A stretch of DNA of 64,000 nt. It comes from Lama guanicoe. Lineage: Eukaryota. Each line of letters opens with the position of its first letter. Position 1 is the first letter of the stretch. Below are positions 50,451-63,110 of the stretch, one piece after another. The position numbers and the translations under genes were made by a program. Below the pieces are notes generated by a model. That model saw nothing but the letters and a program-made list of their open reading frames with translations. It had not been told where the DNA came from and did not search any database. The stretch covers positions 763,058 to 827,057 of the forward strand of contig MU053487.1 in NCBI GenBank assembly GCA_013239625.1. Direction: 5' to 3'.

Positions 50451-52112
50451 AATAAAAAAATAATGCTGAAATACACAAATGAATTGTTTGACAGCAGTGG
50501 GGAAGGAGTGATTATTCTGGATTGGAAGTGTGAATTTTGATTGGCATATAGATCTCTGAACAAAAAGCTTTTTTACTTCGAATAGTAAAGTCCACAAATG
50601 TAGGACAGCTACCTGGATAAATTCCAAGCTAGATATACCTAACATTTCAGAAATCAAGGTGCTGGTTTGATGTGATAAATGACCATATGATGCCTGAAAA
50701 TTTTCCCTTACCCTTTCCATTTTTTTTTCGTCTGGGACCATCTGGATATAAATGAGTTTGACCTCATTTCCAGAACTACTTGTGAAGCCTGTTCCTGTTA
50801 ACCAGGAACTAAATCTTCACGAGTGGGCTGTCTGTGCTTGATTCTGTGCTCCATTCCTTACAACCCTGACTACTGATGGGACTCAAGAGAACACTGAGCA
50901 TTCTCCTTGTTGCAAAAGTCATCACTCACTAGAGGTGGGAAACAGGGAAGAACTCTAATATCCTTTGGAATGGCTCAGTGCAACCCAGACTGCCAAAGAA
51001 AACAGGTGTTCAGTGATTACTGGAACAAGTTTGAGGCAGAGAATCCAAGCTGTGCTTGGGCCCATGTGACTGCTTTCCTTGTAGTGCTTGTGGATGTCAG
51101 ACAGGCAAATGAGGACTCTCAGGCAGCCAGAGAAACCCTTTGGGGGCAGCTTTTCATTCATTCAGCCAACAATTATTTATTGAGTCTCTGCCTGGTACAA
51201 GGCTCAGAGCCTGACCCAGTCTTGGTCCAATCAGAGGGTCTCTCCAGTAAGTTTGTGGGATCCCACAAGAGTTTCAGGAAGCTTTTTCTTGGAGATTGTT
51301 TTAATCAAAGAGTATTATTTGCAAGAAGGAAAATCTCATTCAAAGAAGCTTCTTTAAAACAGAGAAGAGCAAGGGATAAATTTTCCAGAATGCAAAGGCA
51401 GGAGGTGGCAACATGGTAGCTCACTACATACTTCTCTGTAGGGTGTTATGCTCTCTGGGCTTCTACTACAGTTTTCTCTCCTTCCTTGGACCTGGTTCCT
51501 CCAGTGCTATGGTTTATGAGGCCATAAAAGATTATTTCAGACTTGGCTGGATAGTGCTGTCCAGGAATACTCAAAGGACACTGCCCAGTTGTTTGAGTCT
51601 TCCATTCCAAACTCCTGAAAGAAAGGACCCACATGGCTCACCTGGTATCTGGGGTGTCCTCTTCCATGCAGTCAGATACAACCAGGGGGCAGGGTCATGT
51701 GGCCCACTGCCTACTCACCAGGGTGGTGGGAGGTGACTCTCTCAGGAGGTAGACTGAGGACCCAGGGAGGGCATGACTGGCATCTGTAGTGCAGACTGAA
51801 AGTGCTGTTCAGAGCTAGTGACCAGTGAATTTAATGGGACTTGAGGAAACAGCTGTCATTGACAGGAGCTGTTAGTTAGGTACATGAGATATGATGTAGG
51901 GAATGTTTGGATGGCAAGAAGGGAGGCTTGGATACCAAACTGAAATGATGGGAAGAACTGGGTCAGAGGTGGTCATCTGCCAGGAACTTGTAAGGAGGCA
52001 AATGCCCATTCACCCTTCAAGATGTTCAGTCCTACACTTCGATAGTGGCGTCCTTGTGAGCCTTGGGCTTGTTCGTTATTGTATTTCAATATCTAGCGCA
52101 CTCCCTGGGACA

Positions 52113-52315
52113 TTTTTTTTTCCTTTCTGGCTTACTTAAAATGATGATTTCTAGGTCCATCATGTTGCTGCAAATGGCATAATTTTATTCTTTTTTATGG
52201 CTGAGTAGTATTCCATTGCAAAAACACATCACAGCTTCTTTATCAAGTCATCTATTGATGGACATTTAAGTTGTTTCCATGTCTTCACTGTTGTATATAG
52301 TGCTTCTATAAATAC
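52113..52315 (-). mobile_element. L1 ORF2-end fragment
   Basis: catgttgctgcaaatggcataattttattcttttttatggctgagtagtattccattg. Confidence 0.88.
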
Positions 52316-52479
52316 ATAAAATCTTTATTTGTCAATTATACTCCAGTAAAGCTGGAAAAAAGAAAGTGGGTTATATCAACCTTAGAATATCCAGCTTCAA
52401 GTGCTTGGCCATCTAGGAGTTTCTCAACAATTGGCTGTTAAATAAATGTTATATTTGCCTTTTGATGACCTTGGCCCAA

Positions 52480-53010
52480 AGACATTTTTTATTGAAAATT
52501 TTATAACATTAATTTTTTTCTAATTAAGAAACAATATTATATTTATTATCATTACAAGAAATAAGGAAAACAAAAGATAAATTTCATAATCTCATATTTT
52601 GGTACATTTATAAATTCATGTCATTTTATAGGGATAAAATTATAATTATATGTATGTATACATAAATATAGAAAACAACTATTTTCCCATATCAGTAATT
52701 ACTCAATGTTGTTTTTACTGTCTACAAAGTATTTAATCATTTAAATATAATAAAATTTATTTAGCTACCTCTCTCTCATTTGACTTACAGGCTATTTCCA
52801 CATTTCACAATTATAAATATTTACCTATGAGAATTTCCTTACACATGAAATTTTGTGCCTTCCTCTAGGTACATTTCCTAAAGTGGAATCACGAGCTCAA
52901 AGGGCGTGGACACTAGGGCTCTTGTTAACTACTGCCAGTACCTCTAGAGAGGGTGAATAGATTTCCTTGACACCAGTTGTGTATGCTCATGCCCACTCCC
53001 CCACATTCTT
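52480..53010 (-). mobile_element. Ancient L1ME-like 3' end
   Basis: AT-rich; atttcctaaagtggaatcacgagctcaaaggg..caccagttgtgtatg..ccccaca. Confidence 0.6.
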
Positions 53011-53819
53011 ATCTTCAGATGAAATTACAATTGAAGAAGATGTCCATTTGACCCATGACTCCACTTACAAAGAATGGGGCAGAGACCCTGGCTTGCCCTG
53101 TGAGCAGTGTCTGGTGGCATGAGGGCTGTGACAGGGCAGAGATCAAAATACAGTCCATTCTCTTAAGTAACATAGAGTCTTCGGGGTTACAAACATTTTA
53201 TGAACTCCTCATTTTAAAGCAAAGACAGAATTTAAAAAAGAATTAATACGAGGGAGGCAGCAGGAAGACAAACACAGACGGCTTGCCTACAGGAAGCAGG
53301 GTCCTGGGTCATCTCTCAAAGTGCTGTCACAGGAAGGTAAGATAGGCTTTTACAGATGCTCTGGCATCGTGTGATGTTCACAGCAAGAGTCAGGAGCCCT
53401 GCTCGGGGGGCATCTTTGAAAGTTCATTGAGTGTCAGGAGTGACAGGGAAGGACTAGGATAATAGGGGGGCCACTTGACTCTGCAGAGCTTGGACTGTGG
53501 GGTTCCTGACGCTGCTTAGGAGTCAAGGCAGCCCGGACACCCTGGCCAGACATGGTGAAGCCCAGGGCCTGGCCTGCTTCACACATGACTCAAGGAGCTG
53601 GAATGGGAGTGAATAGGGAGCGCCAGGTTCTAGCTCCAAGTAGAGGTGGGGCTGGGGAGAAATTTCTTGGGAGGGGCTTATATTCACAGACTTAGCGGTA
53701 GGAACCATCTCAGTGAGTCAACTTAAGAATAAGTGGCCAATACATTAACATGAGCCCCAGAGAGGATTAGACTTATAGCTTTGCTGTCTCCTCTCTCCTC
53801 CAAATCCATCCCATCTCTT

Positions 53820-54240
53820 TTTTCTTTTTAGATTTAGAAAAAACTTATGTTTTTATTTTTTTATAATTGAAGTATAGTCAATTTACAATGTGCTAATTTC
53901 TGATGTACAGCATAGTGATTAAGTTACATATATATTCCTTTTCATACTCTTTTTCATTATAGACTATTACAAGGCATTGAATATAGTTCCCTGTGCTCCA
54001 CAGTAAGACCTTGTTGTTTATGTATTTTATATATTGTACTTTGCATTTGTAAATCCCAAATTTCCAATTCATCCCTTTCCATTCCCTTTCCCCCCTGGTA
54101 ACCATAAGTTTGTTTTCTATGTCTGTGAATCTGTTTCTGTTTTTAAAATAAGTTCATTTGTGTGTTTTTTTTTTTTTTAAGATTCCACATATAAGTGTTT
54201 TTTCTTTCTCTTTCTGGCTTACTTCACTTGGTATGACAAT
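53820..54240 (-). mobile_element. 5'-truncated L1 3' end (artiodactyl-type)
   Basis: attgaagtatagtcaatttacaatg..atatagttccctgtgc..ggtaaccataagtttgttttctatgtctgtga. Confidence 0.92.
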
Positions 54241-57169
54241 CTCTTCTCTACTCACTCACTCCAGCCTCCAGATACTTAACTTACTTGGTAGAGTGGTTGA
54301 ATTATCTGTTAACTTCCTTGTCTTCTTATGGACTAAGCTTTTAGGGTTTCAACCTCTCCAACTAGTGCAGTCATTAAAGTATTTTCCTAAACCAAAACCA
54401 TTTTCTCCTAAGAGGATGCTTGGTTTCAGCTATTGAAATGAGTTTTTTTAATCCCGACAAATAGAGATCCTGGCTCAAACCTGATTCTCAATAGACATTA
54501 GAGTTCCTCTGGCCCCTTTGTTGAAGCTGTAGATTTGTGCTGACCCCTCTCTTCCCTCCTTGTCGAGGGCACAGGGCTCCTTTGAACCATGTGTTGGCTG
54601 AGGCCAGGGACATCGTAAAGATGTTCCTCATTCGGACACCAGTCCCTCCTGAGTTGGGAGAGCTCTGGTCTAGCTTTTGAGGGGCAGGTCATCCTGAGGG
54701 AAATGGGTGGAGCTGGCCACAAGCCCTGCACAGTGGGAGGTCAAGGGCAGCCCTCGGTGTGAAAGCCCAGCCCCTGCAGCGCACCAACCCCAACCCAGCG
54801 TCACTCACCAGGGCCAGGGGCCAGTGAGTGACGGGTTTGTGCCAGCACTGCCTACCCTGTCCCCTCATCAGCTACTTCTTGTCCTGCAGGTGAAATGGGG
54901 TGAAAGGGAGTCTCCTGGACTAAGGAAAAGCTGCTGGAGAAGAGGGGTTATTGGGGAGTTGTCCATCAGGGTGTGTTAGTGACTCACACTTGCTCTTCTT
55001 CCTTGGATCTGGCTGAATTTCCTTGCACACCTGGGAGTCTCAGATTATTGCCATAAAACATGGTTCTGAGATGCAAATAAGAGAAAGCCCAAGGACTTGT
55101 CTTGACTGCAGTATGTGAAAGGCAGTGTTCACATCCCCACCAACCTCACCATGCCAAGCAAAAAGACAAAGTCCATTAAATGAGCCTGGAAGTATAGACT
55201 GAAGTAGCGGCTACTGGTGTTCCGCCCAGAACCCGTTGGGTCTCTTTGGCCTTGTCTTTGCATCCCCTCCTGGTTTCAGTGGGCATTTGCTTGCAAGTTG
55301 CTGGCCTCAGTCTGTTCTTTGGGGGATGTGCTCTGCTGTGGGAGTTGCTTTCCTCACGGGCACAAAGAGTTCACAGTGCCTATCAGTGAAGGCTCTCAGA
55401 TGGTGACTGACAGAAGCAGGGATAGGAAAGTCCTGCTCTCTGGCCTCTGGTGGGGGCAAACGCTCCAGAGCTCCACGGTGGAGTCAGGCAGAGGCCACCC
55501 TCTGCAGGTCCCTCCCTGAGACAGTGTCCTCCACGTGGGTGTCCTCTTCTTCCCTGTCCCACTCCCTCCATCCACTGCTTTGCTGGTCTCCCTGAGGGCA
55601 TTTTCTTAGTAAGTCACTTGGACAAGAATCCTAGTCTTGAGTTCTGCTTCTGAAGAACCTGATCTAATCCTCCTGCTCGTGTTTGCACTGAACAAAAACG
55701 TTATACCATAAATGTTATTATCCCCACTTTACAGATGAGGAGCCCCAGTCTCCAAAGGTGGTAAGATGTCTAAAGCTGGTAAAGTCAATGCCATGAAAAA
55801 CCTATCAACATGTAGATGGAACTAGCCAGTGGTCTCCTCTTCCTCAAGGTCACATAGAAGTTTTGTCTCCTAAGTTGAATCAGGAACTGAGGAAGCCTGA
55901 AGTCTCAGGCCTGGTGCAGAATTGGTCTGTGTTGACACCTTGGCTGTCGGTCTTCCTTCCTCCTTAGCCTGTGCTGTACTTCCCACCCCCTGCATTTACC
56001 CACACTCTGCTTCAAGAGTCTCCACTCACATATGGTTCCCACATAAGCCAGTAAGCTCAGTGAGGACCAGGACCATGTGCTACTCATTGCCTGAAATCCC
56101 CAGAACCTATCATGGTGCTTGGCACATAAGAGGTACTTAAATGAATATACCTTCAATTAAAGGATACAGCCACAGGACAGAGTTTTCTTCGTGGAAAGTC
56201 CACTCTGGAGAAATCAATTAAGTCAAAATGAAGGGATTTTTCCTGAGTCCTAAAAGAGAACTGCCATCCTTTGTGCTAATTTCTTCCTTTCTAGTAACTA
56301 TGTCAGGACTTTGTGCAGAGACCTCCTGCCAGTGTTCTCTCTGTTGAGTGTCTCTCCTCTGAGGTTTCCTTTCCAGCAACATTAACAAATTCTGTCAAAA
56401 GGTTTTTACCCATGATACATTTTCAGATGATATACATATTTCAAGGACCCAGCAACTTCAACATTAATTCTGGAGTGGAATTATGAATTCCTTCTCTTAA
56501 TTTTCCATCCAGAAATCTTCCACTAAAATCAAGCCTAATCATTATATTGGACACCAAACATGAGTAATGCGTAGTAGGATATGATTGAACCAATTTGGGG
56601 TGGTCAAAAAATGGCATTATTATCTTTTAAACTGTGAATCAATATTAGAAGCCCTTGTGTTTTTCTGTCAGTGCTGGTAGCATATTTCCCTTGCTGTGTT
56701 TTTATCAATCCTCCCCTCGGTGTACCAATCCAGATAAAAATTCAGGTGGATATTATCGCCCATGGTTCGTGGAATTTTCTTTTGAAGGATATGTAGGTGG
56801 ACTTGGTGATTATGGAATCACAAAGCTCATAGGCTTGGCGGGAGCCTCAGCTGAGAACAGGCAGGTGCTGGACACATCTCTCAGCCTTACTCTCCCTGGG
56901 CATGGGCTGATGTGGTGCTGCTTGGGTCACACAATACACTAGCATCCCTGCCTGCTGCACCCTGCCATGTTTAGTTCCCAGCTGTAACTGAGAAATATGG
57001 GGACCAGCTCTTGAATTCCAGCAGCCTTTAAAGTCACCACTGCAGAAGGAGGTTGTATCTAGAATCAGAGTTTATAAGATTGGATTAGGGAGAATCCATA
57101 GTTGAGCCAGGTTGAACTGAGTGCTAATGTTAAACCCCTAAAATTTATGGAAAATATTGTTTTGGCAGG

Positions 57170-58250
57170 TATTTCAGTTATCTATTGCTGCACATAACAA
57201 ACCACCCCAGAATTTAGTAGTAGAAAGTATCATGACTTTCTCATGATTGGGAGGGTCTGTAATTTGGACAGGGCATAGTAGGGATTGAAGGTCTTGTGTT
57301 TCACCTGTGTCTACCAGGCTGGTATGTCCAAGATGGCTTCTTCACTTACATTCCTGACTCTTATTTTTCTTTAATTTTTTATTGAAGTGTAGTTGATATA
57401 CAATTTAGTTTCAGGTGTACAGCAAAGTGATTCAGTTATACATATACATACATGTATATATTTTCTTTTCAGATTATTTTCCATTATATGTTATTACAAG
57501 CAGTTGAGTGTAGTTCTCTGTGCTATACAGTAGGGCCTTGTTGCTTATCTATTTTATATATAGTGGTGTGTGTCTGTTAATCCCCAACCCCAATTTATCC
57601 CTCCCTGCTCTTTCCCCTTTGGTAACCATAGTTTTCTATGTCTGTGAGTGTGTTTTTGGTTTGTAAATAGAATTTGTATCATTTTTTTCATATTCTGCAT
57701 GTGAGTGATATCATATGATATTTGTCTTTCTCTGTCTGACTTACTTCACTGATAATCTATGATAATCTCCAGGTCCAACCATGTTGCTGCAAATGGCATT
57801 ATTTCATTCTTTTTTATGGCTGAGTAGTATTCCATTATATATACACGAATTTTGGGGTGCATCACATGCCTGACTCTTGATCAAAGATGGTTTGCATGAC
57901 TGGGGCCTGACTGGAATGGCTGGACTAGGATCACAGGTTTGGCCTTGGTTCTTACTGTTGGCTGCTTTTCTTGGTTTCCCTTCATGTGGTTTCAGGGCCT
58001 TGCTCTCTCCGTAAGGCCTCTTTCTATAATTTCTCCAGGAGGATAGTGAGAATTCTTACATAAACACTTAGAGCTTCCAAGGGTGCGAAAGCAGAAACTC
58101 CAGGGTTTCTGAAAACTTAGGCTCAGAACAGGTACAGAATCACCTGCACTATATTCTTGTTGTGTCATAGGTTGGCTCAGATTCAAGAAAGGGGAACTCT
58201 ACAAGGATGTGAGTATTGGAGGTGTGGTTGCCCCCAGATTCACTGATATA
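57170..58250 (-). mobile_element. MaLR LTR (MLT1F/G-like) split by an L1
   Basis: tcagttatctattgctgcacataacaaaccacccc; resumes after 57878; ttggctcagattcaag. Confidence 0.75.
57363..57863 (-). mobile_element. 5'-truncated L1 3' end with TSD
   Basis: tttttattgaagtgtagttgatatacaat..; 15-bp TSD acattcctgactctt (57348-57362) / acatgcctgactctt (57864-57878). Confidence 0.93.
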
Positions 58251-58334
58251 ACAGAGTACTGCAGCGTGGTTTGAGGAAGAGGGTTTACAAATATGGGACG
58301 CACAGAATAGAGGCTGCTGAGGTTTGGGAAGTGC

Positions 58335-58547
58335 CTGGGGTTGCCAGATAAAATACAGGATACTACCAGTTACATTTGAATCTCAGAGAAACAATAAATA
58401 ATTTTTTAGTATAAATATGTCCCATGCAAGTCAGCATACCATGCAATATTTGGGATATACTTTAACTAAAATAGCTTGCTTTTCTTTTCTGAAATTTAAA
58501 CTTAATTGAACATTCTTAGTTTTTATTTGCTAGATCTGGCAGCCTTG
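58335..58547. mobile_element. Palindromic hAT MITE (MER53-like)
   Basis: TIRs ggggttgccagat / atctggcagcct; tatgtcccatgcaa..tatttgggatata centre. Confidence 0.85.
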
Positions 58548-58734
58548 GGTGAGAGCCCTATGAATGGGACTAGGTGCTAGAAGCTATTTATTGGTCTAGT
58601 TACAAGGTGGTTCAGGACAAATGAGGACTGAAGCATGTGACTGGAGGGGGAAAGGGCAGATCTTTGAGGCTGACAGAGAACGATGGGCTGAGTAGGAGCC
58701 TGAGCGTTCAGGCAGTGTACCAGATTGCTGAGAT

Positions 58735-58910
58735 TGGGGCAGTGGAGTCAGACAGAGCAGAAAGGGAATTGCAACTCTGCATAACTCTTCTGAAAAGCAG
58801 TTGCTTTTTTAGGCTTTCCAACAAGGCAGATAATACAGTGTTACTTCATAGGATTGTGGTGAGGATTAAAGATGCACTTGGCACAGTGCCTGGTACACAG
58901 TAAGCTCAAA
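58735..58910 (+). mobile_element. MIR SINE
   Basis: acttcataggattgtggtgaggattaaag..ttggcacagtgcctggtacacagtaagctca. Confidence 0.8.
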
Positions 58911-60099
58911 GAACAGGTGATGGGTAATCACCATCAGAGCAACAATTGTAGTGATGATGCTAGCCTTGTGGGTATCGAGGCTGGTGCCTGAGTGGCAGAG
59001 TCAGGTCCTTCTGACTCCAGGATTTTTTTTTCCTGTAATGTAGTTCATTCAGGTGAACCTCAATTTAGGGGCTTCCTGTTAGTGTCCTGTGGGTCAGACT
59101 TTACAATTGACCTTGGCCTCCATGTTGTCTTAACTCTGAGCCTTCCTTCTCAATTGTAAGATGGGAGACCAATACTCAACATTGCTTCTCCCAGGGACTG
59201 TTGAAAGCCTTCACTGTGGTAAAGGGTATGAAGGGTGATGTTTGTAAAGGATAAAGTGCCCCCACAGATGTTGAAATTGTTTTCTAAACCCTTACACATC
59301 AAGTGTCAGTGGAATTGAATATGTTAATTTTGTATTCTGCTAATTCGAGGCCTTGACAAAGTGGTGGATGCAGCTCTCCTGAAGGCAATGAAGAAGGGGC
59401 TTGGTGAGGAAGGAAGGGGAGAGAGGCATGTCTTATGGTGTGGTGGGCTTTGCTGACATTTTCCCCATGGAACATTCTAGGACAAGATTCTGGGGATATA
59501 GCTTTCCCCAAGACTTGCCAACAGGATTTAAGAGCAAAATAGCAGAGCAGGGCAAGAGCGTGCCTGTGTGGGCTCAACAGCTCTCCCTGGTTTATCGCTT
59601 TTAGGTAGCCTTGCAAATAACTCCTTGCCTGAGGCACAGGGAGGTCTAATCCAGAGACTGATGAAATGTTGATTTCATGTTTCTTTCATTGTTTGCTAAA
59701 GATTTGGAACTTCTTCACAAGGCTAGTATGAACTTTTAGACTTCCCCAGAGAGGAGCAGCTTAGGAATATGTGGAAATATTGTTATTATCTATTTTATGG
59801 GCAAACATGATGTAAACAGGGACTGACGAAGCTAGAGTGAGCTGGGTCGTGCCTCTGGCTCGGGTTTTCTCTTTCTCTAATTCGCTCTGGGTCTGAATTT
59901 CCATCCTCCCAGCGCTCGGACGTGCAGCTGCATTCATTATTCTCACTGGCTCTGCCCAAATCTGCCACATAAGGAACAGAACGGTCTGCAGCCACAGACT
60001 CATTTCCCGGGCAGTAAATTATGATAACGTGACAAGAGAAGGTTCTAGTTCTGACACGTATTTTCCAAGTTTACCAGAGGTAGCAGCATAGCCGGTGGG

Positions 60100-60101
<2 letters not shown>

Positions 60102-60132
<31 letters not shown>
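60102..60132. repeat. (GT)n microsatellite
   Basis: Uninterrupted gtgtgt run; a second degenerate TG/TA tract lies at about 60590-60697. Confidence 0.97.
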
Positions 60133-60139
<7 letters not shown>

Positions 60140-61628
60140 TTTTATGTGTGATGGGGTGGAGTGAATGCGTGGGCTTCTGAAAGTCATCTTGTGAATGCGG
60201 CACTGGAAGAGAGGCGAGAGTGCTCGCTGCTTAGTAATGAGATTCAGTGTTATGGGGCTGTTATTTTTAGCGTTTAAACTATGAAAATCTCATTCTCTCC
60301 CTAGAGGCCTCCTCTCTGCCATTCTTTAGCACATCAGGTGAGAAATCAAGTGTCAACTTTAAAAAATGATAACTGATCTCAAGTTAGCTTGTAAAAAATA
60401 CAGCTTTCCCCCAATTCTAAGTGTTTGGTGTGGCAAGAGTCATAAATTGGAATTTTGATAGGAGAGGGGCAGAAAAAGAAGAGATTTGAAAGTCTTGAGT
60501 TAGAGAAGGAGGACTAGGAATAGAAAATTAAAAATAAGATGGAAATTGGTTTTATTCTTTATGAATACTTAAGCACAAACGCCCTCGCAGGTATGTGTGC
60601 ATATTTGTGTATATGACTTTATATACATGCGTGTGTATACACATATATATATAACTTGCATCTCCCGTGTGTGTGTGTGTATGTGTGTGTGTGTGTCTGT
60701 GTTACAGATGTCCTTTCGATATATTCTGTGATCACTTTTGATAATCTTGGTCAGAATTCTCTTCTTTGGTCATGCTCATATTTTATGTTCACTTTTGTGC
60801 AGAGTTCGTAAACTGGTTACGATCTTTAAGGTCCGAAGGCTTTTCTACTTTGACTATATAAGCGACAGAGATAGAGATGTCTACTGTTCTGTTTTTATCC
60901 TGTTTACTATAGCATAAATCCAGTCAATTACTAAACTTCAGGAGGCTTAAATAAAAAGATGCTCATGGCTTCAAATTTCAGCTTATTTGGTTGATAACTT
61001 TCAAATGTGTATCTCCAGTATTAACCTTTCCCATGAGTTTCAAACTTGTTAAGTCCAGCTGCCTATTTGCCAAATCTACCTGAGTATGTAACATGTATCT
61101 CAAAACTTAATATATCCCAAATCAAACTCTTAATTCCGCTCATGCCCATTCTTGATTTAATTGTTGCAGTTCTCTGCTTTTCAGTAAATTCAATCTATTT
61201 CTTGGATCAGAAGTCATAAAGTCAGTCTTGATTCCAGTTTTCCTCTCCTAGCCCATGCACCCAAATCCCTCAGCAAATTCTGTCTGCTTTACTTTCAGAG
61301 TATATTCAGAATCTGACCATTTGCTTTTTCTGCTACTCTCACCCTGATCAAGCCACCACCATCTTTTGCCTTTATTATTACAATACCGTCCTAATTAGTT
61401 TTGCCCCCTTTACCGTGTATTTTTCAACAACAGTCAGCATGATCCCATAGAAACCTTGGTCAGATTGCATCCCTCTTAAGTTCAAAACCCTCCAATGGCT
61501 TTTGAGTAAAAGTGAGAAGAAGCAAAGTAAAAGCCAGATCCTCGCACTGGCCACAAGGCCATGCGCACACCTCCTGCTTCCACCACCGCAGCGCACTCAT
61601 CTTCGTCCACACTTGTCTCCCTGTTCCC

Positions 61629-63110
61629 TGTTCAAAGATAGACTGGGTCATGTTAAACATTTTAAGAGTTTATTTGAGCAAAAATCCATTTGAATTGGGC
61701 AGCATTCAATCTAATAGATAGAAAGGAGCTCCAAGGAGCTGTGCAAAGTGAAAAACTTTCATAGCCAGAAGGGAATGGGAGCAAGAAATTTTCACTAGAC
61801 AAAAGGGTAGATTGGTTACTTGGAAGTTACTTTCCTTTAGGGAATGGCAAGGGTCTATCAGGCAGATTACCTAACTAGTGCTTATCAGGCTATTCCTGAT
61901 TGAATGGTTTAACATTCCATTTCTGAAGGAGTTGAAACTAATTAAGTCTCAGTTTGGTGACACAGGGCTTAACAAAAGCGTCTCCACCTTGGGCCTCTTG
62001 TCTTGTTTTTTTTAACAATTCCCCCTTTTGATTGGACTCTCAGCCTAACTTGCCAGTTTTTCCAGGATTCAATCTGCAGGCTCTGGAGTGAGTAGTGTCT
62101 CCCAGCGGGTCCCATCCTGGTCATCAGAAACTAGAGGAGGAAAAATAACTTCTCCTCTACCCTTTATGGGGAGTGCTTTGCTGAGACCCCTTTTTTCTCT
62201 AGGATACCTCATAAATGAATCAGCTTATCTAGGTTAAATTTTTTCCACTGTAGCTGCTGTAATTCAAGATTATCTTTGGTGAGTTTAACCTGCTTGTTCA
62301 GCCTTAAAACAAATTTTATTCACCTGAGGCATCACCCTAGACCCAGTCTAGCTTAAGTTGACCCCAGTGCAACCCCATACCTGGTCCAGTTTCCAAGTTG
62401 GACTCATTCTGATCTTGGAACTGGTCCAGGTTTTAAGTTGGACCCAATCTGACCCCAGACCCAGTCTGGTTTTTAAGCTGTACCCAGTCTGACCCTGACT
62501 GGTTTCCAGACCCAGTCCACAAAAAGAAATGCTCAAATAAATTCTGAAAGCTCATAATGCAAAGGCCACGGAGCGAGGGTCTGAGAGGGACTGACCCATG
62601 GCCTCCAGAGGGAATGAGAAGGCAGAGAGCTCAGGGAAATCAGCAGGTACCTGTGCCTGGTTTCTTGTGACTCTCCTGGGGCCACTGGGGATTTCCTTCA
62701 ATTCCCTCTTCTGACGCCAGGACTGTTAAGAGATATTGAGGCATATTAAATATTTTAAGAGTTTATTTGAGCAAAAATAGACTTGGATTGGGCAGTATCC
62801 AACCTAGCATATAGAAAGGAGCTCCAAGGAACTGTACAAAATGAAAGACTTCTGTAGCCAGAAGGGAGCAGGAACAAGGAAGTTGAACTAGAAAAGTGGG
62901 TTGGTTATTGCAGTGTTACCTTCCTATAGGGGATGGCAGGGGTCCATCAGGCAGATTGCCCAACTAGTGCTGATCAGGCAACTCCTGACTGGCTCTTCAA
63001 GATCCCATTGCGGGGAGAGCTGATGCTGTAAGTAAGTTAAATCTCAGTTTGGTGATGTGGAGCTTAGCATAATTAACTCCATTTGGTGTGTGTTATCTTG
63101 TTTTGTAACA
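61629..63110 (-). mobile_element. Non-coding two-LTR endogenous retroviral element (ERV1/MER41-like LTRs)
   Basis: LTRs 61629-62017 and 62724-63110 (tgtt...aaca) share an identical 27-mer at 61659-61685 and 62752-62778; PBS 62702-62719 (rc tggcgtcagaagagggaa, tRNA-Leu-like); PPT 62018-62029 (rc aaaagggggaat); AATAAA on the minus strand near each LTR end. Confidence 0.92.
62338..62520. repeat. 40-bp tandem repeat, about 4.5 degenerate copies, in the proviral interior
   Basis: aagttg or aagctg recurs at 62355, 62395, 62435 and 62475. Confidence 0.85.

Noticed and set aside
50907..51419. Longest ORF (170 aa)
   Set aside because: Starts at TTG, has no recognisable domain, and runs through an L2/MIR-like tail (ttcattcattcagccaacaattatttattgag); consistent with chance.
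52113..52360. Apparent twin-primed (5'-inverted) L1: minus fragment followed by a plus-strand L1 terminus
   Set aside because: The two pieces look like different subfamilies and I found no shared TSD.
62338..62520. CRISPR-like periodicity
   Set aside because: Contiguous degenerate tandem units without unique spacers, in a mammalian retroviral context with no cas genes.
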